The notes: generated from the letters alone by a model not told the origin. Shown: positions 12,500 to 26,896, counted from the first letter of the stretch. The stretch: 64,000 nucleotides of DNA from Cenococcum geophilum (GCA_050273025.1 CP158635.1:23374001-23438000), one strand, 5' to 3'. Numbers and translations: made by a program.

Positions 12500-15400
12500 A
12501 ACTGCCCCCTAGTTAAATGTTTCGTACTTAGTTCTATTAAACAATCTTTCTAAAACGCGCACTTCTTAAACTACACGGCGTTGCGATACTAGTAGATTTT
12601 ATATAGCATCCTCCTCAGGTTCTAGCTCTACTATTATTTTTTATAGCATAGTTTTACCTAACTGGTTAAGCTAGTCTTCCTAGCGGACCTTAGACATCTA
12701 TCATTAATAGAACTTCTTTAATCTATTCCCTAGAGTTTAATTACGGAACAGCATGCCGTTAAGATCCTTAATTAAGTACTATCCTTTATAAGGGTGACTC
12801 TTATATACGCGGAACGGGCCTAGCCATTTTAGATCTAACTTATAACTACTAAAATAGTCTTACTTAAGCTGCGTATTATAAAGTATAACTATATCTCCAA
12901 CCTTAAATCCGTCCTAGTAAATGCGGTAGGTGTTATTAAAGTACTCCTTATTTACTACCCTTAGTTGTCTTATGCGCGTAACAGCCTCTTTTATATCTAT
13001 ATCTCTTTAGTTAAACTGCTTTATATAAAGTACTAGTAGCTCTATAGTGGTCTAGACTGTTTACTAAGGCAGTGTCTACCAAGTAGGTATATAGAGTTCA
13101 ATAGGAAGGACATACTTATATCCGTATATAACTCTTACCGGTATTATTCCCGTAGGCCGCTTAATAGTTATCCTATCTGCCTATAAAACAGTATAAAGAT
13201 TGTCTAGCTATAAGCTATCTATCTTTACCAAAGCGTCTATTATAGGTTTATAGCCTCGCTCTATAAAGCCTTACGCCTAAGCATAGTAAGCGGAAGCTAT
13301 AACCCTTTTAATATTATAGAGCTCTGCGAGCGTAGCGGTAACGTTAGCATTCTCTTCTTTACTATCTACAGAGAGCTATCTAAATACTCCCTATTAGCAG
13401 ATAACATCTTTGTAGAGAAACTTCGCTATATTTTTTATATCCTTATTTTAAAGGGCCTAAGCTTCCACCCATCTAGATATATATTCTTAAGCAATAGCTA
13501 GGTACCAGAATCTAAGACGGCTTAAAGGCATAAATATAATATTTACTACTACTCGTTGCCACAAGGTGGACTCCTACGTAGGGTATATTACTTCTTCTTC
13601 CTATCCTAGCTGTCACTCCTAGTATTATAGACATGGCTTAATATACCACAATATCTAATCCTATAGCCCTGGCCACTAATATTAATTTAAGATCCTCTAA
13701 TACGTTCCTTCTTATCCGCGATATCCGCTTTAATTATAAAGGCTTTTAATAATCTCTTACTAAGCGTCCTTATTATTAACTACCCTTCGTATTGGTATAT
13801 TTTTCGACTATTAGCGGAAGAGCTATTAATTGCGCACTAGGAATTTCAGCGCATATTGTTTGAACTTTTTAAATTCTTTAGTATTTATTTCTTCTGGACA
13901 TTATAAGGTTACTAGCTATTTTATAATCTTTTAAAACTTCCTAGAATACGAGTCTTCTAGTAACAGATCCACCTCTATTTTAACTGGGCTAGCCGTGTAT
14001 TCTAAAGCACTTAGTTCACAGTCAATAAACTCTTTAATATCTTTAGTCGGCTTATTAGGTCGTTCGCCATCTAGTAGTTATTATAATAGTCTATTAGCTA
14101 GGCTATTCTTCTTCCCTAGAATATGCCTAATATTAAAGTCTTATAACTAAATCTATGCTAGCCATTGTATTATCAAGGCTCCTAGTAAATTAATAGCAGT
14201 ATAATTTAGTTACGTGACTAAGGTATTTATATCCGTTTTAACCGTAAAGCGGACGCCGTATAGGTATACTTAACACTTCTTTAATGCATATAGTAATGCC
14301 TGACATTTAAGCTTTCCTAAATTATACTTCTACTCCGCTTAAGACTAGATGCCGCTCTTATATTAACATAGGTGGCGACGACCTTACACGTCTAGTTGCA
14401 TAAGACCGCATCCCTACCCATTCTTGCATCCGTTAACGGCGAGAATAATTAGCCCAGCCCCCTTACTATAATCTAGTTAAACCAACACAGGTACGGTAGT
14501 GATTGTATACTTTAAAGTCTTTATAGCAGTTATCTACTCTATACCCTATATAAACGGAACGTTCACTTGTAGCAGTTAGAAGATTAGCTCTGCCTTTATT
14601 GCGAAGTCTTCTATCTATATTTAGTAATATATAACAACTCCTATAAAGGCTCGGGCAGATATAACGTCTTTACAGTCTCTCTAGTAAATAATCTTTGCGA
14701 CTTTTAACTCTTCTGGATATCGCCCCTTTCCATTATAGCGGTAACTAACCACTATAATCTTATCCTTGTAGAAATAAGACTTTACGCCTAAGATTATACA
14801 CCTAGCTTATTTTAAATCTGCAAGTACTTTATCTAGCCATATAATGTGTTCTAGAATGTATCTGCGCACACCTAGAAGGCTCTCTTCTCCATTATATATT
14901 ATCTATAGTCCTTTCACTATAATATCATCTAGAAATGGCAAGGCATAGTATAGGATGTGTCGCTCTAGAATCTTAGTAATTGTCCTTATAAACTAGGCTA
15001 CCGAATTCGTTCCTCTTATAGGTACCATTATTTATTATAAAAGTCCCAGAGGTATTATAAAGGCCGTTAGGTTCCTGCTTTCTATATCTAGCTCTAATTA
15101 GTTATATCTAGAGAAGAAGTCCACTAGAGATATAACTTTACACCCTATAAACTCCTTAGAAAACTTATTAGCATATAGCGGCAGATTTACGTCCCTAATA
15201 GTCACTCGGTTAATATTTATCGCTACATTAATTAGCCGGTACTTCTTGTATTCCTTTTTGCTTATAAAAAACCATGGATTTCTATATAGGCTTTCGCAAT
15301 ATTCTAGAGTCCCTTAAGCTAGTCGTTCTTATAATATATTTATTACTTCCCCTCGCAGGGCTCTTAGTATAGGGAAGTTCGGCACTTACTATACTTCATA

Positions 15401-18400
15401 CGGTACAGTCTTAATCTTTAATAGTAGAGTTACGTCTCTACTAATATAACCCATCTTAGAGAACTCCTATACTAGAGCCTCTTCTTAGTTAAACAATATA
15501 GCCTTAAAGATTTCTCGTTTTCTTAGCTAAAGGTCCCCTATAATTACGCGCTCTAATTATTCTAGCTTTAGCCATACACCATAGGCCAGCTTGGTATACT
15601 GTGGCTTAAGGAAATAATTATATAGACTAAGGGGCAACCCTTAAATAGACGCCTTTTGCCGACGCAAGGCCACTTCTCGCTACTCCATTATTCCTCCTAT
15701 AACCGTTCTATCTGGTACTAACGAATTAACCAGGCGGACCTTCTCTGCCTTTTATTTATACGCAGTTACTATACTTATAGCGTTCTATTAGGCCTTACTC
15801 CTATAGCCTTCTATTTATATTATAAATAGATCTATTATCTTTAACATTTAATATATAAGGGATCCAGCCTTTACTTTAAATACTAGCTTCTGCCTTCCTC
15901 CTAAGTGCTTCTTTAGAACTTCCTTTAACGTTTCGCTATTAAGCTTTCTCTATCTAGCATTATACTCTTCTTCCTATTAATTACCCTATTTAGCAGATAT
16001 CCAGAATAGTAAACGTCCTTATTAAAGTCACACCTTATTTTCCTCCTCTCCGTCCTTAGCGTCCTCCTTATCTTAATATACTGGGTTATAAGTAACCCCG
16101 GATATGATTCTAGTAGTTATACCAGTTACACATTTCCCGAACTGCTACCTATACTAATTCCTTTATTTAGTTTAAGGAATATTGCGTCCTTATAGAATAT
16201 TAAGAACCTTATTTTAACTCCACTATCTTTTAATTAAATAATGCAAGATACCTAGCCTGTTACGGTTCGCTATATTACCAGCCTAGCCCTTACTAACTAC
16301 GGCTTACTAAGTATTACCTTATATAATATTTCTCCTATAGCAATAAAAGTTATAGATATTAAGACGTCCCCTATAACTATAGCAGCTATATATATTAATC
16401 CAATAAACTTAGACTAAGTCCTATTTGTAGATATTAAACGTATGCCCTATAACTATAGGGGCAGACTTAATATTGGTAAGCCATGTTATAGAGCCATACT
16501 TTCCTTAATAAGGTTAAGCTCCGCTCTAGAGTTAATTAAACACTTAACCCTTTTATCTCCTATCTATACTTTTACCTTTAGATATTGTTGTTAAAACTAG
16601 GTAAATTTTACTTCCCGTTTAATCTAGTTTACCTCCGCAGTTATTAAGCTAGCTTAATTAGTATAAAACGTTAGGTACGCTAACAATATAGATGCCTTAA
16701 CGCCCTCTTGCTTTTATTAGTAAGGTTCTGCAAGAGGTAGTAGAAGTAGCTTAAAGAATAACCTTGTGACTTTAGGTATATATACAAAGCAGTTACCGAC
16801 AGTAACTTTAATAGTTTTTAATAAGATCTTATCCGCTATTACGGTTAAGCTTAGGACGTTCCCTTTTAATATATCTATTATCCTAACCGGTTTTAATTAC
16901 GGTGCTTTAACGGTCGCAGTTACTTCCATTCCTTACTCTACTTCTTTTTTTAGCTATTTAGTATAGTCTATTTTATTAATCTCCTTATTATTTACTAGTA
17001 AATAGGGGGCCTGCCGCTATAGTTGTGGTGCGATTTAGATATATCCTCCTAGTTATATATTTTAAACTATTGCCGGTTACAAACCAGTCGGTTTTAAAGG
17101 TGGTTTTATTACCCTAACATTTCCTTTTGGCTTTTTAAGATCGTATAACCGTGTTATAGGCTACGACTGGGTTGCTACTCCTACTAAATCAATGTATACC
17201 GACTCCACTTAGTATATATCTTCCCAGAACTCGCCGAGCTCTTCTTTGCTTTTAGCGCTATTGCTTTTTATAAGCTCTACTAAGGATATATTTAGTTAGA
17301 TACCTATCGCCGTCGCATTAGAATTAATATTCGTATTCTGCCTTAGCTAGTCTTTAAGGAACTAAATTTAATAGCTGCTTAGTAAATACGGGAGTGGATT
17401 TCCTAGGCGCTAACGTATTCTAGTGCAGATTTAGTTATTCTTATTTATATATAGGAACCCCTAGCTAACTAGTTTTTAGAGCTCTAGGCATTGGTTAATA
17501 AAATAATAAGGGCCTCTATATCTATAATATATCTTATCTTATACCTAGTATACACTAGGGTTTTCTAATCCTCTATACCTTCCTAGACCTAGCTTATATC
17601 GCTCTTATAGCGCCCCTTTATAGGACAGCAATAGTCCATTATTATTCGTTACTAGTTATAGACCTGCTTATTCTTAACGCGCTAATGCCTTATTTAGGAG
17701 CTGTATATACCATATTAGGTCTTAGCGAATTCTATTAAGGAACGGCATTAAAGATACAACGCTTGCTAATTCAACCGTCCTAAGATTAAGCTTTCGGAGT
17801 TAACTAGTAAGGCTCTCTAGCTTAGGGTCCGTCTCTTAGGTTATATAACAGGCACTTACTAACTTATTTAGCTAAGAGATTATAGGTAGCTAAAGAGCAG
17901 CATCTCTCTAGTTTGATATAGCCGGCTACTGCTTACGGAATTATCTAACTAGTTGATAAAGACCTTGCTCCTTAGGGTTTATTATTAATAAGCGGTCTAC
18001 GCCCTTATATAAATTAAGCCTATCTTCTATAGCCCTCCTTAGCAGGTAAAAGTTAAAAGACTCTCGTCTATCTGGGTTAGCTCCTGTCTTAATTATAGTA
18101 TATTTTTAATATTTAAATAAGAGTCCTTTTATAAACCAGTATCCTTATTTACAGTTTTCTAAATTGCTAGCTTTAGTAACCTTCTAGGAAATTAGTGTAA
18201 ATTATCTATAGTACTTGCGTATACTACTAGGTGGGTTGTTCCTGCACTATAGGATATATACTTCCAAGAATTCTACCGTCTTAACTTATTAAAAGTAGTT
18301 ATTTCCTTAGTAGTCTATTTAAAGCTTTCTTACGAGTTCCGTCTATTTACTAATAATAAACTTAGGCAGACTTTAGATTTAGGTCCCTATTTAATAATCG

Positions 18401-18540
18401 CAATATTCCGGAAGTCCTTAATACTTCTTATCGTCCGTAACACGGTGTTAAATATATAGTTGCTTATATTATTCAATAAATTGCAACACGTTTTATCCCG
18501 TAAAGTAAAGAATCCCTAGAGTCCCTAAAGCTGGCATAGG
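12500..18540 (-). pseudogene. Gag-Pol of Gypsy E, RIP-degenerate
   Basis: Gag start MPALGTLG..YFTG.NVLQF; protease LINSRAELNL (from DSGAE); RT YRNPWF, VDFFS, PFLDDI; RNase H; integrase. Boundaries approximate. Confidence 0.88.
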
Positions 18541-19679
18541 CTAGGCTATAATATATACCTTATCTTATTCTATTAGTGGTTTATTACAAGGTAACAAACT
18601 AGCAGTTTCTCCTAGAATAGGTAAGTTAACCTCCTAGTTCTTATCCTCTCTTTACTAAAGGTTATCGGTTCTAGACGTTATAGGAGTCAAGTCTAGTACC
18701 GCATCCTCTAGGTTAGGAAAACTTCGTAGGTTAGTAGGCTGCCTACTTCCTTTTCCGCTGTTATTATAAAATAGGCCTAGTATCCCTAGTATTCCCTTTA
18801 TCGGTCCTATCGCCATTACTCTTATAAATTTAAGGGAGGCTTATATAAATGCTAGAAGAATTATATAGACCGTTATAAATATAGTAAATAAAAAATTTAA
18901 GACTTCTTTCTACTGGTCCTAATGCATTATAACCCTCTCTTTTATCCTCCGTCCTGCCGTACCCCATACTTATATTCCCACTCTTAGTTATTTATTCCGT
19001 CTACTATAGGTCTCGGATAACAATCTCCAAAAGTATTATTAACTTATCTTAGTAATGGTGATGCCTACGCGTACGTCGCTAGTAGTTCCATACTTAATTT
19101 CCGCACCTATTAGTGACTTAACGGCTTCCGGTAATAGTAACTTAACAGTTTTTAGTGGCTGCAGCACATTCCTATACGTCTCCTGTATATATAGCGCTAG
19201 ACTTCTAATCTAAAGAGCTTGCCATTATCCCTACGTGGAATGCCATAAAATATATAGGAGGGTACGACCTCTCTAAGATAGGAAAGTGATAGTACTATCT
19301 GTCTGTCTGTTTGTTAGTTAGTTAGTCGGTTAGTTAGTTATAATCAGTTAGTGAAATAGGCAGTAAGAAAGAAAGAAAAGAGTGTATTATATATCCGTTA
19401 TACCTATTTGAGTTGTTAAAGACTTTAAGGGCTCCAGACCGATTTATATAACTTATATAAGGCCTAAGCTCTCCTAAAGCTATGCCTAATCTAGATGTTA
19501 AATCTAGGGGCCAAATCACACCACTATAGTAGTAGAGGCTTCGGTGGAGGCTTTATAGGTAGTTAGGAAAGGATTAAGCCGTCGTCTCTATATATATATT
19601 AGTATCCTACTTATTAATTAAAAGCCTCTATTCTACATACCGACTTTAACTGCCTATATTAATGACCTTATTTATATCC

Positions 19680-21975
19680 TATTACTTTAGGCACATAGCA
19701 GCGCCAATAACGTCGGCTTTAAGGTATACTCTATTCGGCTATACCATATTACTAGTTAAACTAAATACTCATTCTAGCTCGTCGCTTATCGCTAGCGTAC
19801 TAAAAAGGTTAATTATAAAGTATATAAGCCGTAAATATTCAAACCGAAGGCTCTACTAATACTTAATCAGGTTATTAAACTTTTTATCACGCTTTAGATG
19901 GTTTCTCCTCTAAGCTTCGTACTTATCTTCTACCTCACTATTATCCGATTTGTCGCTAAGGCCTTTATTAAGAAAGGCCTTTAAGCCTACCCGCTTGCAC
20001 CGCTAACGCTTAGTAGGTAGTTACTTAGCTTCTTCTTATATCTTAAGGTTACGGTAAAAAGCCCACGCCTGTTAAACGCGGCTCTTAGTAGCCGTAATCC
20101 ATAGCTTCTTGTTAGCCCACCTCTCCTTAAAATACTTCCATTTATATCGCGGGTAAAGAGCAACGGAGGCAACGTACGCAGTAGACTTATTAGTGAGCTT
20201 ATAATACTTATCAAGCTTCTCCTATCTAAGCTAAATATTAGTATAGAAATAAGACTCGCTGTCGTGTTTATATTAGTAAGTTAGTTAATTAAGCTAAGTA
20301 ATTAGATACTTTAGAGAGGGAAGCACCTCCTATAGAGAGCCATTCCTTCCTAAATTATCGCTAGTTAGTAGATAGTTAACAAGCAAAGCTACCAAATTAA
20401 CTAACTATACTAAGCCTTACCCTCTAGTATTTATATAACTTCCTTTAACGGCGCTAGGATACTTATATATTTACTTAAAATCTGCCAATCCTTATTACTT
20501 AACTTATTGGCGATAATTAAGGGCTGCTTCCTGCCCTTAATTAGGTAAAGCTTTATACCGTTCTTAGTAGCTTAATTATAGTAACTCCGCTATTCTTATA
20601 CTTCCTTTTTAATAAAAGAGTTAATTATATCACGGAGGTAGAGCGCGCGCTTAATTATATTAAATATAAAGTTTTACCGCGTATTAACGTTTAGTATAAG
20701 CTTCCAGATAGCTTTACTAGTTATACCGTTTAAAGTAATAGGCATAGTAGTTCTATAGAGTTATTAAAACTCCTTAAACTACTACTTATACTATAGGGAC
20801 TCCGTAATATAGACAATAATATTATAAAACTTTCCAATTAGGCCTTATTTCCTCTAAAGCGCTAGCTAGTTAATTTTATCTTTTACTTCTTTAAGCTCTA
20901 CCTCTAAGGCGTTTAGATTCTTCCTATAGAGTATTAATTAAGCTACTAGGTTAATAATATAGCCAGCGCAATAAAGACAACGCTTCTTCTAATTAAAGTT
21001 AAATTCCTCGCCCAAAGCCTGTATATAGGTGTTGTTGTTTAATACGTTATTTAGTATAAAATAGCCAATTTGGTCACTAATATTAAACTTAGTAATAATT
21101 ACGGCCACGCCGTTAGCAATATTGACGCCGGTATATTGACTTATAAGCTCTAGTATACTTAGTAGGAAGCTTCTATATTAGCCTTTATTATTAATAAAAT
21201 AAACAACGATACCGCAGAGGCTAAGGAGACTGCGAGACGTCTATATATTTAACAAGACGTATATTCTACTAAACGCCCGTTTAAGAAGCTCTATAACTAC
21301 GCCTTTATATTACTTAAAGTCCTTAATAATCCAATTGCGTAGTATATTTCATATAGGAAGGACGTCTTTAGTATTACTATTAAGATATAAAATAAGCTCT
21401 TAAAAGTACTTACTGTTAACTTAATTAAATATAATACTATCTTAAATAATCTACCGTAGAAGAAGCTTCTTAAATTGCATTTTATTAAAGCCTTAATATC
21501 GTATATTAATTACGGCTTGTTCTTCTGGGGTTCTATTTAATATAGCAGCGACTATATTTAATTAATCATAAGGCTTAATAGATCTGTCTCTACCAATACA
21601 ATGTTTTCTCTTAAGGGATTTAGCAGCTCTACCAGTTAAAACATTAAGCCAGCGGTAATCTATCCTATATTTTATCCCATATTTTTAATAGCAAAGCTTA
21701 CATACTGCATAGACCTTTTCTATTTCTATATAGTAGATTTTATAGCAATGCTCCCAAATATGCGATCGCCGGTCTCGTTTTAAAGTAGGAGATATTTAGA
21801 AGCTAGGAAACTTAGTCTAGTTAAAGTCTTTAGACTTATTATCGGGCGACGCGTCCCTTATTACGTTAGGTTTAGAAGTATAACTATTAAAGTTAGCAGT
21901 GTTCTAGAGCTTAGTAGGTACCTCTAATTAACTAGGAGGGGTAAAAGGATTAGTAGAAATAGATCTAGTATCCAT
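19680..21975 (-). pseudogene. hAT transposase of element F
   Basis: BED-finger-like SHIWEHC..C..C; IGYF.LDN.SNN; CAG(H)IINL (CxxH); TR(W)NST; C-terminal hATC-like DLFSTPAMSDELERVFS after de-RIP (~19700-19840). Confidence 0.85.
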
Positions 21976-24638
21976 ATTAATAAAAATAGACGGTAGTAGA
22001 AGTATATTAATAAAATAGTATAATATTTAGAAGGCCTCTACGGGCGCGAACTTCCTAGCTATAACTGTTAAGTGCTTTAGTGTAGCTTAGTAAATAAACA
22101 GAAAATGCCAAATATAAAGGCTTCCTTACTAAAAAGGGCATAATTAAGCACTTGCCAAATATACTCCGAGCTATCCTCTAAGCATAACTACTAAAGCTTT
22201 ATCCTAGATTTTAATCAATTTAAATCAAGCCTCTAAAACACTAGATTTGACTTAATTATCTAATATAGAGAGGCTGTTCTAGAATTGAATTAACTTACTT
22301 TATAATCAATTCAATTTAAATCGGACTTAATAGAAAGACTTATTGACAGCCCTAGGAATAGAACGGTTGGTAGAAATAGTAGTTAGAACAGCAGTCGGAA
22401 CAGTTAAAATAGTAGTAGTAGTAGCAGCAGCAGCGACAGAACGGTCAATAACAGTCGGTCAGAGGCGGCTAGTCGGAACAGCGGCGGCGGGGCGATTGAA
22501 ACGGTAGAGTATGGCGGTCCGGAGAGCAATAGTAGATTAGTTAAAACTAGCACTCCCAGTAATGAATAAATGTATATTTATACCACTTATCGTATTCATA
22601 TCATTAAGGCCTCCAGATATTCGTTATCGCGATAATGTCGCGATATTAACTTAATAAGCAATATCACCAGGCTTAGTAAGGTATTAAGGGGGCGATTATC
22701 CTCAGAGTCCTCCCAAATCGTCACCCCCCTTCTGCCTCTCAAACTAATAATTATCAAAACTACTATCGAAGTTAATAAAAAGAGATTCTAAAGTAGGAGA
22801 TGCTATAGGGCCTAATTATAGGTGGTAGATTAGGGGGGTAGTTAGGAAGAATTATGTTAATTAAATATCCGTATACCGATTATAAGAAAAGAATAAGGAC
22901 TTTATCTATTAAAATATGGTTCTAAGACCTCTATATATATATAAGAAAGGTGTAGGAAATAGGAAAGATAAGGGGGGTAGGGGGTAGTAATAGAAATAAG
23001 GGATAGGTGACCAAGTCAATAACCAAGTCAATGTGTTAATCTAAAGTCCGTGCGTAGATTAAAAGAAAAAGACTTATATAAAGATTAATCTATATAAAAA
23101 AAGAGGCTATATATATATATAAGGTAGATATAGGTATGGGGGGGGGTATAAGTTGGTGACTAAGTTGGATAGTAAGACAACCTAACTTAGGTCGACACAA
23201 TGACTAAGTCAATAGGTAGGTAGCTAAGTTAGGGTAGTAAGACACCTAATTTAGGTCGACAGATCGCGTATTTATAATCCTCTACAAATACCGTACTACC
23301 CCTTTATAACACTACCAACTACTACTAACACTCTAAATTATATATATATATTTATAAGCTTATAAATATTTACTCCTTAATAAGATTTAATATTATATCT
23401 ATATTACTTTATAATAATAAGTATATCGCGATAAATAAATAAATAAGGTTATCGTTAGGAGTATTAGTTAAAACAGTTATCTAGTAAATCTCGCAGCGGT
23501 ATAGCTCTAGCATAGTAATATAGAACAGTAAAGACGGAATAGTTAGTTGAGATAGTAAGGACGAAATAGCTAGACGGAATAGCGATAGTAGTAGTAGCGG
23601 CGGTAGGGCAGTTAACTAAGGTAGTAGAGGCTCTGGCTTAGTTTAATCGTTTAGTTAGTCGTTTAATATTAAAGCTCTATATCTAGCTCTACGTCTAGCT
23701 ATGCATTTAGCCGTGCATTAGTAGCTCTGCATTGTATATATTCTGCGCTTGTATCTATATATATATATCTATATACATTCCTATATACCTACTTTAACTA
23801 CTAGCCGAAGACTATCTAATTAGTCGGCGACGACGTGCTGCAACTAATCGTTTAGTCGTTTAATTAAGGTAGAAAGTCAGCCTAGTTAAAGGCTCTAATT
23901 ATCCTAATTTAAATACGGAGATAGCGTTTAACTAATTGAGATTTAATAAGGCCCTAGCTTAACTTAAGGTGTCTTCTACTATATATATAACTAAGGCTTT
24001 ATATCTATAAACAATTAATTAATACTTCTATATAGACGTGCAATTAGTTAAGGTTCCGCATCTACTGTTTAATTAAGGCTTTATATATATAGGCGTTTAG
24101 TTAAGCTGCCGTACTATTATCTAATTAAGGCTCTGCACCTATATACTCTATATCCGTAGACTCTATATATAACTCTATATAAGACTCTATATAAAGCTCT
24201 ATATCTATATCTATAGGAAAGATCGTTTTAGTTAACTAATCTATAGGCGTTAAAACGGGCGATATTTAATTAAGAAGGGGGGTTAAAGGGAGAGGTTCCT
24301 ATAGAGGCTCTAAAATGTTAACTAACGGTACTTTTAATAATCTTCTAGCCGTATACTAGTTTCCTAATTAGGCCTAATGCCTATCTGTCTACTATTGTAG
24401 AATCTTTAACTACTAATTAAAGACGTTTAACAGTGACGGTAACTAATTTAATTTAACTGTAATAATGTATAATCGACTAATATTTAAATAGGGTATTAGG
24501 TCGGCCTAACTAAAGGCTTTATTTAATCTAACTTAACTATAGAGGCGGCGTCTAATTGATTAAGATTTAACTAAGGCTTTAGCTTAACTTAAGGCGTTTT
24601 CCGCTGTATATAAGAGTATAGTGCAAAAAAGGTATATA

Positions 24639-25028
24639 ACGTAATCCACCCCCAAGCTGGCCACCTCAAAACTCACCAAAAATTAGAAAATTCATACTTT
24701 AATATCTTAACAACCACTAAATAATAAATTCTAATAATTTAGATTTAGACTTTCATATACGCTCTACAGCTTCTATTAAAGTTGCATAGTAATTGGTTTA
24801 GTAGTTTTTAAGATATTATAATTTGGGGGCTAAAATAAAGCTAAATTACTACGAATTCGTATATCTTGAAAAGCACTAAACTAATTACTATGCAACTTTA
24901 ATAGAAGCTGTAGAGAGTATACTAAAGTCCAAATCTAAATTATTAGAATTTATTATTTAGTGGTTGTTAAGATATTAAAGTATGATTTTGGTAAGTTTTA
25001 AGGTGGCCAGCTTGGGGGTGGATTACGT
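24639..25028. mobile_element. Foldback MITE (ACGT termini, TA TSD), related to 1015-1442
   Basis: TIR ACGTAATCCACCCCCAAGCTGGCCACC, ~160-bp inverted arms; TA at 24637-24638 and 25029-25030. Confidence 0.92.
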
Positions 25029-25094
25029 TAGAGGCGAAAAAATCGCTTATTTTTTCTAAGTCATTTTACGTGCAGTTTTAATTACGCCTACGTA

Positions 25095-25264
25095 AGAGTA
25101 TATTGCAAAAAAGGTGCATAGAGGCGAAAAAATCGCTTATTTTTTCTAAGTCATTTTGCGTATAGTTTCAATCACGCCTGCGTATAAAGTAGTTTTACCG
25201 CAAAATGACTTAGAAAAAATAAGCGATTTTTTCGCCTCTATGTACCTTTTTTGTAATATACTCT
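25095..25264. mobile_element. 170-bp MITE with ~66-bp TIRs and TA TSD
   Basis: AGAGTATATTGCAAAAAAGG... / ...CCTTTTTTGTAATATACTCT; TA at 25093-25094 and 25265-25266. Confidence 0.9.
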
Positions 25265-25292
25265 TATAAAGTAGTCCCAAGGCTTAACACTA

Positions 25293-25813
25293 CAGTGATG
25301 TACATGATTAGCTTTTACCCCCCCTTTAGTAAGGGCTCCAAAATTTTAAATTCGGTACGCGTATCTAATCTCGCCTAGTTGCCACCAACTGTATATAGTA
25401 ATTGTAGCGAAGCCGTATACTTGGCTGCAAGAATCTTGCTTCTATAGTGTCGTGATCTTCGTTAATATTATGAGGTTTCCACCCCTATAATATTGCTAAA
25501 TTTCATCGGCAATTGCAGAGATAGTGTTGTATTTGCGTTTAGCGGAGGTATAGGTAAAGGAGAAAAAGAGAAAGCGTATGTCGAGGAAGCGTACGTTAGG
25601 TAAGTTCTAAGTTGCTTTAATTTGACTCCCCTAGCCAACTAGAACAGTTCCCCTAGCTAACTAAAATAGTTCTCCATGGCAACTAAAATAGTCCTTATGT
25701 ATAGCTACAGCCGTTTACTACAACTACTCGCAAGATTAGATGCGCGTACCGAATATAAAATTTTGGAGCACTTGCTAAAGGGGGGGGGTAAAAGCTAGTT
25801 GTATATATTACTA
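25293..25813. mobile_element. Non-autonomous TIR element (CAGT termini, ~80-bp TIRs)
   Basis: CAGTGATGTACATGATTAGCTTTTACCCCCCC...GGTACGCG is inverted at 25735-25813; no clean TSD on the right, so the superfamily is uncertain. Confidence 0.78.
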
Positions 25814-25929
25814 ATCCTTAACGTTTAATAACTTCCTTATACTTCTCCTGCATATTCTTAATATATTTAAGTACCTAGTATAGATCTAGCTCGTCCTAAA
25901 GGTTCTAAACTACCTCAGTACTTATCCTC

Positions 25930-26561
25930 GACTGGGCGGCAGTATATAGTAGCCGTCATTTTCAAAGTTGAGGTCTGCAGCTTCCTGTGCAGTCCATCGT
26001 CCTTGACATGATCCAACGTGATTTCTGTGCCGAATATCTCGTCCAGCAGCTGAATTATTGGGTCGCTACTGTGGTCTATTCGTTTCGAGTGCTCGCCAGC
26101 GAAGGGTGTCGCGTGGTCCGGGGGTTTGGGCTCTAGTCGCCCGACATCGAGTACTGCTCAATTTTCGCGGTTGGTGCTAAAGTTTAGGAAAGACAGATAG
26201 GTTAAGCACGACCTCGCGAGTATTTCGTTGGTCACGGCAAGATCCAAGTGGTGCCTCCCAACGCTAATTCGCTCATCCTCGTGCCTGAGAATTCGATCTG
26301 ATGTGAGAAACTCCTTTATCGAGTAATGTGCTAGGAATATCTCATCTGTGTCAGGGTCCTTGCGGGCGAGTGAGCCGCGGCCTCCACCAATCGCTCAGGC
26401 TCGTTCATCACTGTGTCAAGATTGAGAAATTTCTGCCCCGGCTCTATCGAGATTGCTTTTGCGAATTCTCCTAATTCATTGGCCTAGAAGCTCCTGCGAG
26501 CCAGCGGAGGATTCTAACCATAAGCTGATATGATCTTTCATTGTTGTTCCTTATATCTGCC
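25930..26561 (-). pseudogene. 3' remnant of a NACHT-NTPase (NLR-like) gene: winged-helix region
   Basis: Minus-strand RILRWLAGASRPM, AISIEPG, EIFLAHYSIKEFL, ILARSCLTYLSF with stops and frameshifts; joins 58656+ across the hAT G TSD (YALILERA|DIRNN). Confidence 0.8.
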
Positions 26562-26896
26562 CAGTGCTCTTATCAATATCGAATATTGATTACTGATATT
26601 AAATACTGAATATTGAATGTTTAATATCAATATTAATACGATATGTTTAATACTAAAAGATATTAAATATTGAAGATTTTTAGAGTTAAGGTAGTAAAAA
26701 TAAGGTAGATGTATCGGTAAATGACTCTTAGGCCTCCTTGCAATACGTACGCATTTTAAATTTATTAGGTAAACTCATAGAAAGTAAAAATTACTAAATA
26801 TTAAATTAGATCTTATAAGTTATCGTGTATAACATTGTTAATTTTAACATCCCTAGAGCTTAACCCCCCCAACACACTCTACCTTTAATTAACGCT

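Larger units (their letters stand above)
8878..19528 (-). mobile_element. Gypsy/Ty3 LTR retrotransposon E (10.65 kb, no chromodomain seen, Ylt1-like by RT motifs) with extra 3' ORF
   Basis: 276-bp LTRs 8878-9153 and 19253-19528; 4-bp TSD GTAG; PBS-like TGGCATTCCACG at ~19234-19245 (minus); PPT GGTGGGGGAGGTA at 9154-9166 (minus); RT PFLDDI at 14921-14938. The clade assignment is tentative. Confidence 0.92.
8573..22354 (-). mobile_element. hAT DNA transposon F (~3.1 kb without its insert), interrupted by Gypsy E
   Basis: TIRs TAGGCCTATTAATAAGCCTTTC / GAAAGACTTATTGACAGCCCTA; perfect 8-bp TSD GGAATAGA at 8565-8572 and 22355-22362. Confidence 0.93.
24613..25275. mobile_element. Outer truncated copy of a 170-bp TA-targeting MITE, carrying two nested MITEs
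   Basis: AGAGTATAGTGCAAAAAAGGTATA|insert|GAGGCGAAAA...GCCTACG|insert|TAAAGTAGT matches the left and centre of the intact copy at 25095-25264. Confidence 0.8.
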
